Positions 38,537-50,896 of a DNA stretch of 64,000 nucleotides are shown one piece after another. The position numbers and the translations under genes are program-made. The notes under the pieces are model-generated. The model was not told the origin of the DNA. It did no database searches and saw only the letters and a program-made list of their open reading frames with translations. Every line of letters begins with the position of its first letter. Position 1 is the stretch's first letter. The stretch is from Nymphaea colorata (taxonomy: Eukaryota). The stretch spans positions 620,001-684,000 of the forward strand of contig NC_045138.2 of NCBI RefSeq assembly GCF_008831285.2, in the 5' to 3' direction.

Positions 38537-38949
38537 TTTTAATGCTAAATAGGTATTCATCATATGATCACCTAACTGATTGTACCTTTACCTAAGTGAT
38601 GCTGAGCTGCCTTGATTAGGGCAGTTGATGATCCGGAAAATTTATCTGAGGTTGGCCTTATCATGGATAACATCTCCAATATTTATAAAAGAAAAAAGAA
38701 AATCTTAAAGTCTGGTTTCTAACTTTAGTTGTTTTTTTTTTCCAGCAAAAGAAGCACTTCATCATGGAGAAATTATCCCAGGCAACTTCACTCGTGTTTG
38801 ATGGTCGTATATGCAAATTGACCAGAATCTTTGCACGTTAAGAATGTCTGATAGCCCAAACAAACAGTAAAAGTCCTTTAATAAAAATTATACTTTTAAT
38901 CACAATACTACTAGGACTCTAGACCACTTAAATGAAGAGATTCCAACTC

Positions 38950-39026
<77 letters not shown>

Positions 39027-39314
39027 TTCTTGTTAAATCTTAACTTTATAAGCAAAACACAAACATGCTAACATGATGATGGATACTCCATAATTTCATA
39101 TAAATCATGCTTTAATTTCAAGTTATTTTCGTGAAAATTGTTGATTTTTTTTTACTCTCAAAATTGTTAATGACCCAATAACACACTTAAACTCAAAAAT
39201 TTCATTGGCTTGATATACATTAATCATGTCATTGAATGTTACGCGAAATATCTTTGATAATATATTTTAAGAAGCCTACCTTTTGTCTTTGGCCTAAGTA
39301 GTTTGGGATATGCC

Positions 39315-39408
<94 letters not shown>

Positions 39409-39824
39409 ATGAGCACTGGGAGTCTAAAGATCACTCCAAGTTAGAGATTATGTACAATCTGTGATATTGTCATGATGCACATTTTCTATCAGAAAAACAA
39501 AACCTAGGGATAGGTACAGCATGAGCCCTAGATGGAGTGACAAAAACTTATACAAGTACTGAAACTTGAAGCACTAAAACAGAAACGCAACAACTAGACC
39601 CAATTTAAGTCGACACACTTGACTGATTTGGATCAGTCTCAGCAACAAAAATTCTCTATTATTCAAACAAATTTAAAAATCGTAGGAGCATAGCTTCGTT
39701 ATACGTGAAAGTTCAGTCATCAGTTTGATTTCCGTAAACAACTTTCTTCTTGACTCCAAACGTCGGTAGGCATTACTCTCAAATTGGAAGGAATAAGTGC
39801 AAGTTCACTCGGATTTTGAAGCAG

Positions 39825-39845
39825 CCCTAAACCCTAAACCCTAAA
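39825..39845 (+). repeat. Interstitial plant telomeric repeat (CCCTAAA)3
   Basis: Three perfect CCCTAAA units. Confidence 0.85.
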
Positions 39846-40898
39846 TAATATCCGTTAATGAGTTTCATATTTCATATATTATTTCAAAATGCACACTAAC
39901 GAGTATCCACTTAGGGATTTAAGTCCACCGTAGCTCTCACCATCTTTGGGCTTCAGCAAGGATTAAAGAAGCTAAACTTGCATTAATGACAAAATTATCA
40001 CCTGAAGCTCTTCCCTACACACCAAAAAGATAGATCAAGTGTTAGGTCCAAGCAATTGGTGGCCCCTTAGCCTGCTACCTTTGAGTGGGGTTCAATTTTA
40101 AAATATCATCAAAACTGTGTTTGATATTTAGATCTGATTTAGAATCTACATTTTCGAATTTTTAAAAGATAGACAAAGGAGCTCCCGACTGTTGATCTCT
40201 TAAATCATAGTATAACAAGAACATGGGCAGGGGAGAAACAAAAAAAATTTCATGAGCAGGGCTAAATTAAAGTTTCTAAATATTAAATAGGGCCGAAATA
40301 TCATTTTTTTAAATTTTATATATAACAATTGAAATTTTCTAAAATTTAGATATAAATTTTTTAAAAAAATTGAGATGGGAAAAAACATCACCACATGTCT
40401 TAAAATTGGCAGTTAATAAACACAGGGGGCAGTTAAAGATATACTTGAGATTCATGAATATGACGCGGATATGATATGACATGATTTTGTTGATGTAAGA
40501 AAAGATCCATGGTAAAACCTTTGGGTTAAATATATATTTAGTTTAAGATGAAAGAAGAAAATGTCCGATCTTAAATTCCGGCTCGTCCGGACGGGAGGCG
40601 CGGTGGGGCCCACCTGAGACGCAAGGGAAGGGCTCAATGATCAAAGAAGATTCTGTGATGAACACTGCACGCGTGGGCTGTCTTTCTCTCTCCTCCACGT
40701 CAGGTTCGGATAACTCCAACCCCGCTGCCCCGCCCGCCGCGGCATCTTGTCTGTCCTCAACCACGGACGCGTGAAGGCATCATGCGCGAAATTACCGTAG
40801 CAGCCACAGAGCTTTCGTAAAAGGACTTTCTTGTCCTCAACCTCCACGTTCCGTTCCCCTCAAATGACGAAAACACCCATATGGTATGCCCGTTCTTG

Positions 40899-41307
40899 TA
40901 GGGGTAAACAACGAGTTACTCGAGTTCGACTCCTTAAAGTTCAGTTCGTCGAGCCGAGTTATTTGCTTAACCAATTGAACTCGAGTTCATGAGTCGACTC
41001 GTTCAAATAAGCCAGTTGAGTTTGAGCTCAACATGTAACTGCTGAGTTGAGCTAGAGCCTTAATCAAGTTTGTCGAGCCTTAATCAAGTTGATACATTCA
41101 AACAAATTTACGAGTTTATTGAGCATGAATCGAGTCGAGTTCGAGCTCAACAAGTAACAATAAATATCAATTCTATTGAAATGAGTTTGTTGAACATAAC
41201 TGTTGAGTCGAGCTCAAGCTGCTTCCATTGAAGTATTCTCAAGCTCAAGCCGAGTCAAACTCGAGGTTTCATTAGTCGAACCGAACTCGAGTTGACTCAC
41301 ACCTCTA
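40899..41307. mobile_element. hAT-type MITE, GAGCTCGA-rich family
   Basis: Ends TAGGGGTAAAC and TCACACCTCTA, with TSD CGTTCTTG / CCTTCTTG (7/8). Collinear with 29731-30141. Confidence 0.85.
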
Positions 41308-41888
41308 CCTTCTTGTAGATATGAAACCTACCAACTAGGGGTCCTTTGGTCCATATTTAGAAACCTGAAGCTAAGTAATAGGAGTGTAGTTTCTTGGGAT
41401 CAGGGTTGAATCCGTCCTTAAACAAATCTGACCCAATTTGGATTTGGTTTTCAGAATCTGCATTTTCAGACAGGTTAGGAGTCTAACTACCATAAGATCC
41501 GAAGGTTATATGTGTAAAATAGTTGAATTGTTATCCGAATATCGATTTTAAATTGCTGTTCAATTCTGAAATCGTATATCTACTTCAGATCTAATTGATA
41601 GTTTTGTCTGAATTTCTTCACCCAATCGGCTATATAAATTTGAAATTAGATTGATAATCTCGTATTATGGATTCATTTTATATCCATGATGGTAACGATC
41701 CAAGCCCGTAGAATGTGACGAGAAAGTTGCAATCAAATGATAGTTTTGGCCTTGTCATGCATGGATTTAGTTTAATGGATAACTTATTTGGATCGAACCT
41801 TTCTTTTATTTATTTATTTATTTTTGGTTGATACAATAGTTTAATATTGTCCAACTTAAATTATGGACTTGACAGTTTATGAAATTCA

Positions 41889-42083
41889 GAGGGGCGAAGT
41901 CAGGATTTTCTTTAAGGGCGGGCTGACAGTCTGACCTCTGAATCTGAGTAGGGTCAAACTGAATTCCAATACAAAAAATATATTATGCAATTAAAAAACA
42001 TTACTTTTTTTAATGTAAAAAAAAAATTCATTGACTGGAGTGGGGCCATGGCCTAGGCAGACCCCCCATTCCTTTCGCCCCTG
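41889..42083. mobile_element. hAT-type MITE (CAGGGGCG family)
   Basis: Ends GAGGGGCGAAG and TTTCGCCCCTG, with an internal GGCCATGGCC as in 28979-29196. No TSD found. Confidence 0.6.
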
Positions 42084-42330
42084 CGTAACAAGCTGGTCGG
42101 TGGTGTCATTAGTTTGATTTCAATTGGTGCTACTTATACGGATTGCAATCAGTAGCATGCATGATATTTAAGTTGAATGGTGTACCATTCAATTACTTAA
42201 GTTATAAAGTAACACTGAACCCTGATGAGTGGTAGTATACTAGGAGTCATTGTCACGTTCTAGTGTGTTTTATTTTTAAACCGTAGAAAGTTTTGAAAGC
42301 ATGTTCTAAACACGCCAGTGGTCTTTTCTT

Positions 42331-42366
<36 letters not shown>

Positions 42367-43757
42367 AATAAAAGTAAAATGAACTAATCATCTTTAAATA
42401 TATATATATATATATAAACCAAGAAAGGGAAGAGAAAAGAAGCATAACTTAACTTTCACCTTTCGCTTACCACCGTGAGGCCCAATGAGATTTTTTTCGT
42501 TGGATCCAAATTATGGATCCAAAAGGGGGAACCGAGCATCTCGAATTCCCTTGTATCTCACAAGGATCCGAACTGGAAGTTTCCTGCATCCGTCCGAAGT
42601 TTCGATAACCACAAAGCGGGTTTGACGTTAGCGAGCCGCCAAGCGCTCATTATTTTAATTGCCCCTCAACTGATACGCACGCAAATAAAATATATTACTT
42701 TTCTTTCTCCACATTTGTCCTCGCAATATAAAACCTTTTCACGTTAACCTTCTTTCCTCCGCACTTCACTACCGAAATCACGAAAACGCCCTCGACTTTA
42801 CACCTAACCACTCGGAGACTGAAAGAGAAATACTTTTATAATTTAAGAAAACGTAAGTTGCTCGGACGTCAATTTTTATTAAAGGAACAAATAATACTTA
42901 GGCTGTGACATTGTGCTTATGTAAGCACTTACTGTTTTCTTTTTTACATTATTAACGAAATATTAAAATAATACCTACTAAGAAACCATGAATCTAATTA
43001 ATAATTATATTAGTGAACGTAAGGTTAGTACTGATTGAATAAGTTATTCATCAAAAATAATTTTATATAATTGACAAGTTGTATCATTTGCTCCCTTATG
43101 GAATCGGCGTTCTGAAATGTAAATTATGAAATTGGGGAAACAGGAAAGAAGATGTTATTTTCCTTTCCTATTTATTGTTTGCCTTGTTGGAATGAGTTTT
43201 CTTGAGATCCGATAATATTGGAAGCATGGAAATGTAATCCTTTTCTAAAATTGTATTAAAATGACAGAGTGTTTCTGTAATTTCTTTAAGGCGTTGTGAA
43301 TTTGCTTGAAAATCATCCGTTTTTTTAAATTCTCTTCGTTTTCTCTCATATGCCGTAAAATTAGGGGCGGAACAAGGGCAAAAAAGGTAAAGAAATATCA
43401 CTTTGAAGCCCCTTCGCCTCAACGTTCGGCTCCGTCGCTATTAATCCGTAGCCGCCATCCCGAGGTGTAACCGCCCGTCCGACAAAGACGAAATTACCCC
43501 ACCGTGAAACCCATAAATACGGATCTCGTCCTCCACGAGAGAAAAAGACATCTTGCCGAAATTTACGGCGCCCCAGGTTGCTGAAAGAATCGGATAACGT
43601 AAGGGTATAGTAGTCATTTGTTCACACAGAGGAAGGCTCCACCTCCCCCCTACTCCCTTGCTACCTCCCCTGTTCATACAAAACCCCCCTTCTTTCTTTC
43701 TTTCTCTTTTGTTTTGTTCCTTCCTTTCTATAGGGACTCTCCATTCTCTGTCTAGAC

Positions 43758-43790
43758 ATGGAACACCAGAAGGGCGTTGCAGATAGATAG
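43758..43790 (+). promoter_or_regulatory. Upstream ORF (MEHQKGVADR*) in the probable MAPKKK 5' UTR
   Basis: ATG at 43758 (context GACATGG) and TAG at 43788-43790, 6 nt before and in frame with the main ATG. The transcription start is unknown. Confidence 0.55.
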
Positions 43791-43796
43791 GGCATC

Positions 43797-46700
43797 ATGC
43801 CGGCATGGTGGACGAGGTCTTCTTCACCGAAGGAGGCGAAGAAGAAGAAGAAGGACGCCGATTCCGGCAAGAGCAGGCGCAGCACCGAACGGGAAAACCC
43901 TAACCCTAGTCACGCTCCTGCTGCAGCCGTCCCGCCCGCCGTCGCGTTCAATTCGTCGGTGAGGAGCGAACTCGGCTTGAATTCTGGACGTATCCCGTCC
44001 AGTTTCGCGTTCGAAGCCGAGCAGCGGGCGGGCCGGACGCACCCGCTTCCTCGGCCGTCGGGGCTTTCTGCGGCGGATCCGGCAGCCTCGTTCTGCTCCG
44101 ACACCAGCGACAGCTCTACCGGCTCGTCCGCGGATCTAGGGTTTCCGATTTACAGGTGCTTAGAAGAGCCGATTTTCTTTTTCTCCAGTAGTCTATTGTA
44201 GTTTTTTGGGTTGAATTAACAGAATTCAGACTTTGGCGTTTAATTGATGAAGGTTCTAGTTGTGGTGAAAATTTTGCTTTTTCTTGGGGTTTAACTATGT
44301 AACGCGATTAATTGTTTTTTGCGTTGTTCGGGATGTGATTTTCGGTTGAAAACTTGATGAGATAAAAGAAAAGCTGAATAGTGTCCATTCTTCCAGTGCC
44401 TTGTGTTAAGGTTTGGTCTTAGAGTTTTCCGTAAGAAATTGTCGAAATTGGGAGTTTTCGGGGTATAGATGATGTAGGTGCCAGCTGAATGGCAGTCCTC
44501 CTCGTTAATTGTTGGTCATCCCATCAAGTTGACGCAGATTCTTAATTTTTTTTGTTGGATACTGAGTGTTTCGGATGCATAAAAATGGATTGTATATATT
44601 TGCTTATCGTGTCACGGTTATTATACTATTGAAGTTGTATGAGTTTGCGCAAGTTTTTTACCGTTATTTAGTGGAATATATGTATCATTTTTTGGATTTC
44701 TGCGGCGGATGTAATAAAAGGAATTCTGTTATGTTCTATGGCGACTCTAATGTTCCTTAACAATTTCACGATTAAAAATTTTTGAAGAGCATAGGTTTCA
44801 TATCACTCTCAGCTTTTGAAGATGACAATCAGATTATGTGACTTTTCCAGAATTGTTCTCTACTAAGATCTAAGTATTATCATGAAATGGCGGAAGTTGC
44901 AGTAGCACTTATGTTTTGCCTGATAAAACGCATGAGCGATATATTCACTATTTCACTGTTTTGTTATTAAGAATTTCTTCGTCCAGCTGATATCAAGATG
45001 ATGCAATATCTTTCAACTATTGGAGTAAAGATGACGGTATTGAAATGTTAAGATAGTTCAAAAGCAGTCCTTTTGTTTTTGAGTTTTAGTTGTTAATTTG
45101 AAATAACAGTAACATAAAATCCTATTGGTCTGTGCATGGGTTATTGATGTTTGTATTTTCGTCTGTGTCTTTGTATGCACCTGCATGTATGTGGTGTACA
45201 AATGCTGATATTCTTGTCATGTGACTTTCCGGACGCTGATATTTTCGATTGAAATACGCTCTAGAGTTGTCAATGAAAGATCTTGTGGGAAGAAAGAATA
45301 TTGAAGTCTGACAATGATAAGGTGTTTGAGACTGATCTCTCCTTGCTCTTCTAGAAACCCGTTCCTTTTTATTGATTGATAGGATTTGTTCTTGTGAGAA
45401 GATATTGGTGTTAGGTTGTTAGTATTTGGAGGGGTTTATTTGATTCATTCTAGCTTTTGTCTTCTCCAATTTGTGACATTATTTTTTAAATCCTGCGTTT
45501 TGATGTTACGTGAAGAACATGACATCATTGTCTTGTGGGCTCTGTGTTATTTTGTTTGTGCTCGTGTATGATTTTCACTTATCATGATGATCTAGTGTGC
45601 TGCTTTCTGTCTTTGTTTCCAACCAAAGTTTTAGCATGCTTTTTCTGCGGAAGACGGCCCAATTGATGTTGATGCTAAAATGTCTACATACTGCATTGTT
45701 TTGACAATGGCATTGTTGTTTACAGTTTAGTAGTTCAGTAAATGGACGAACATCACACTTCACAAACAGCAGAAGTGGCTGGGCATTTTGCATAAGAATT
45801 CCTTGTTAATTTCCTCATTGTTTATTGAATGTTTGATTGTTTATGGCATTTCAGCAAGCTTTTTTATCTTCATTGTGTAATTTCTTTCTTTATAATGATG
45901 ACCTTTTTCTCCAACAAAAGGAACACGGATGGCTTCGAAATTCCACGAGATACCAGTTCAAAATTCGGACTTCAAAGTCAGCAGCAGTTTGCAGAGCACA
46001 AACAATTCCTCTCTGGTAGCCCAGGGTGGGAGCAGATAAGACATCATAATGGCTTTAACCATTTTGTACACGGTTCATCATTAGGCAGCAACAATGGCCC
46101 ATCTTCTCTGAAGGGAGATTCAGATTTATCCTTCCCAGTTGCTTCTAATTATTCCTTTTCTCCACCTCGAGTTTCTACAGACACAAGAATAAGTCTGTCC
46201 CAGAGAAGACAGAGCACCAACCATTCTTTGGTACCTAGTCCGAACCATTCTTTGGCACCTAGTCCTAGGGCAAGAAGTCCGGGTCCAGGTTCACGAGTTC
46301 ATAGTGTTTCCACAACTCCTTTGCATTCACGGCCTGGATCACCAAGATCGAGACAAGATGACAGCAGAATTCAGTGTCATCCACTGCCACTTCCCCCAAA
46401 TCCCACCTCACCTACACAACATGGTTCTACTAGCTGTTCTACTTCACCAACAGCACATAGCAGTTCCAGGGGTCTATCTTCAAGAAGTTCAATGACATAC
46501 AATGGTTCATTCGTCAAGTCCAAGTGGAAGAAAGGAAGATTGCTGGGAAGGGGAACTTTTGGGCATGTTTATGAAGGATTCAACAGGTATTTGTCCTTTT
46601 GTTGGGTTGTATTTTCATGAATCGTTGCCCCAAAAATGCATGACAATATAGCCTCTCATGTGGATAATGTATTTTTTGCATTTTATTTGACAAGATTTAC

Positions 46701-49700
46701 CATTGTTTTCAGTGAAAATGGGCAAATGTGTGCAATAAAAGAGGTCAAAGTAATTTCAGATGATCAAAATTCGAAAGAAAGTCTCAGGCAATTGAGCCAG
46801 GTTTTCTGTCTATCTTTAGCACCGTAGTTGGAAACTATCTGACTATTTAATTTTATACTTATTGGTCCTTTTGATTTATGTCAACCAAATTCTAGCATGG
46901 ACTGTCTCTAACGTCCTGTCTATTATGTTCTTTCAGGAAATATCATTACTTAGTCAGCTCTCTCATCCAAATATCGTACAATATTATGGCAGTGAGATGG
47001 TATCAAAAATCAAACTTATTCATATGTTTGTTTATTGTTTGGTTTTTTAAATCTGGAGAGATAGGATGCAAATTAATTTAGTAATTTATGGATACTTTTG
47101 TTTGGAAAATTTACTCAAATTAATACTTTTTAGTTTTTTACCTTTTATGGTGTTACACAAGCCTTTACCAATTTGTTCTAAATTTGGTCCAGTAGTGAGT
47201 AGATTATTTGATCATTTATGTGGACAAACAGCTCTCACTGGTCTGAGTGTAGGACTAAGAAAGATTGATTCTAAAGAACTTGTTCAACATTTTCATATTT
47301 GGTCTCTAAAAGAGAATTTGGATGCACTTTGGATTGAATAACATTAGATAAGGCAGATTTATTTCAGATTGGAACACTCTTTAAAACTGGATGTAGTTTG
47401 GATCTGAATAAAAATCTGATCTGGAAGTCACTTTTACATTTAAACTGACGTTTTTGCCACTTTTTTTTAAAATTTTTTCAGGTCAAGTGTTTTTTTTTTG
47501 GGCACTTATTTTGGATCTGATAGTATCACAATTTTTTTTAATTTGTCTTTTGTTAAAGACATTTGATTATTTCAAATTTCTGTGTGGGTTTGTATACAAT
47601 ATGATCTGGCCCAAATAATCCATTCGTGCCCTGCTTGGATGTAGCTAACTAGGTATTACTGAGTCTGATTTGATTGTATATTGCTTTAACAGGTTCAAAT
47701 TCCAGGGTTGGAAGGGAAAAAAATGATATGGATGAGGGTATCTCTAGCTAATTGATTAGAGTTTTTATGATATATGTCTAATGTAAACGGTGCCCTTCAA
47801 AGTGGTGCCTACCACTTTTAAACTAGAGGACCTGCTGTGAGCCTGTGGGGCTCACTGGTGGTTATGATCTTTATGACTTTCTCCTTGCATTGGGAAAGAA
47901 CTGCTTTTATAGATAGAGACTATAGAATGGTTTATTTTCCATGTTAGTAGGTAGTAGATTTTATTACCTTTAGGTCATCATGAAACTCAAAGTTTGAGAT
48001 CATGAAAAATTAACTGTTCACAGCAGTGTTATCAGAGTGGCAGTTGAGAAGTGCACTGTCGGTCTTTAAATATTATAAGAATGTTCTTTTTGGCTTTTTT
48101 TTTTACATTTTTGTTTTTGAGGACTTAGGAATTTGTTTACCTTTTTGCCAATTCACAATGGATTCAGCTGAATGGGTGAATCAGCTGATTCTCTGAATCA
48201 GTGAATCAGCAACTTCATTGATTTGATTCAGGGATGTTGCCCAGTCTCCCTCCTTCACCCTCCCATACATCGATTTTTACAAGACTGGTTTGCAGTGCAC
48301 GATTAGAGGGAAGGTGGGTGATAAAAAGCCGTCTAGAAATGTTATAGCCAATATTGATTTTATATAAGCAGAAAAACAAACCATATCACAAATGACCTAA
48401 AAATTAGTTATTCTTGGTCTAGAAGTGGTTGTACTCAATGCCCATGTTGTTAGTATCCATTTCATATTGGCCACTCTAAGTTATTTTTAAAATATGAAAA
48501 TGTGGAAAATGTTGTTATCTTATTCAAATATTGATCGATACATGGTGCCTTAGATTGGCCGATATTTGAAATATCCCGTTGTTGTTTATCATTGCTGTGA
48601 GGGGTGTATGATGTTTATTAGTTGATACAGAATACAGATTGAGATTGATGAAATTGCTCAATACTAATTTTACAAAAATGGCAAATAAGTAATGTAAAAC
48701 AATGACCTAAAAGGTTAGTTTGCTTTTGTTAAGCTTAGACAGGTCATATGGTATGATAAGCACGTTAAGTTATGATGGTATTAACAAAAGTGGTCAATGA
48801 GTTTGACCACAGGGCACAACATTCAATTTGCAAGTTTGCACGTACATGGATGCACACATAGTCCCATGGTCAACTCTGATCTTTCAAGTATGGAGCAAAC
48901 ACAGATTGGGAACATTATCCTTGCAATCCTACACCCACATACAAACACATGTACACATGTGCAAAATGACAAATACATGTACGATCTTTTACACCTAAAC
49001 TCATGAGACGTGTACACATTCTGCTGAAACTGAACTCATGTGACATGGGTCGGCACAGTTGCAAGCAGCAAAGAAATGGTCCATTGGTCGACTCTGATTT
49101 CTCAATTGAGGAACAAACATAGATTGGGAACATTATCCTTGCAATCCTACACCTATGCACACACATACATACAAGAAAAAACACATGCACGCAAGTGTAT
49201 GGACTTGCATGCATGTATGTATGTTTCCACCTAACTCAGACCTGTATGCATTCTGCACTCAGACCTGTATGCATTCCCTGAACTCAGGGTGTGGGTTATC
49301 ACCATTTCAAGTGGGCTTATAGTCCCATGGTCAACTCTGATCTTTCAAGTGTGGAACAAACACAAATTGAGAACATTATCCTTGCAAACTTACACCCACA
49401 TACACAAATAAAAAACATGGAAATGCGTTTGTAGACTCGCATGCCTGCACGTTCTTTTACACCTAAACTCATGGGACATGTATGCATTCTGCTGAAGCTA
49501 AACTCATGTGACATGGGTTAGCACAGTTGCAAGTGGGGTTCGCCAACTACAACATAGAATTGAATAACCAGTATATGTGCATAGCAGTTATCGTTCATAC
49601 TTCATACCATGGTAGGTGGCTTTGAGGTGGGTGTGCCCATCACAATGTTGCTTTATTTTGGGTTTCTCGATGTCCATTATGCTAACTTGTAGTATGTATA

Positions 49701-50846
49701 GATTTGGATGTACATTGAAATGAAATGCTATTGTTGTCGTTTCCTTTCTCTGGATATGAGCTTGATATAGTGCTTCTTCCACAGGATGAAGACACACTAT
49801 CAGTTTTTCTGGAGTATGTTTCTGGGGGATCCATTCATAAACTACTTCAGGAATATGGCCAGTTTGCAGAACCAGTTATTCGGAATTTCACAGGGCAGAT
49901 TCTTTCAGGGCTCGCTTACTTGCATCAAAGGGACACTGTCCACAGGTTTGATATTTGGTACATTTGTTTTCTATAAGTTATGGATGCCTTATTGAGTGAA
50001 TATATTTTAAAATTTTGCAGAGACATCAAAGGAGCTAATATACTAGTTGATCCTAATGGCGTGATTAAGCTTGCAGACTTTGGCATGGCCAAACATGTAT
50101 GCTACTTCATTGGTTAATGCATTTCAGCATATTCTTCACTCATATGTGATTAGTATGACTCTTGTTCCATGTAATTAGTCTTTGTGTGGATCTCAATGTG
50201 TGCTGTGTTCTAAAATCCATCTTTCACAAAATTTTGGATTACACCACCCTTCATAAACCTGTAATAAATGTATGAGTTGATGGGACACTACCTTTAGACC
50301 AAGACAAGAGGTCACCCACATTCAGCTCCAGTTGAATTACTAGTGGATAAGACTATTCTTCTTTCTAGAACTAAATATAGCATTTTGAGAGTTGAGAAGG
50401 TTGTGACAAAGTTGAACACTTTGCATCAGCAAGCATGGAGGGATTCTTTTTAAGTGAGCATGTTGCTCAGTTGGCATCAGAATCACTGCTCTATGCCTCT
50501 GACTTTAGTTTTTTCTCTTTTTTAACAATGATTGAGGAGATCATGCGCTGAGTTGACATCAGAATAGCTGCTTTAACTTTAGTTATTTCTCTTTTTACTT
50601 TTATTTATAGTTTCCTCTATGAGAACTCTGGCAACCTCCTCCAGAAAATTTTCCTTGTCATGAAATCCATTCATGACCATGTTTCACAGATTTGCCTAGA
50701 ATGGTGCTGCACCTGTGTGAGCTGGTCACGTGCAAGTGTGGGACATTGCAAAATGATATTTGGTATTTTTTAGCCTATTTTGATTATTTATTTATTAATT
50801 TTATATTTTATGAATATAATTAATTCTGTTTTTTGAAAATCTTATT

Positions 50847-50896
<50 letters not shown>

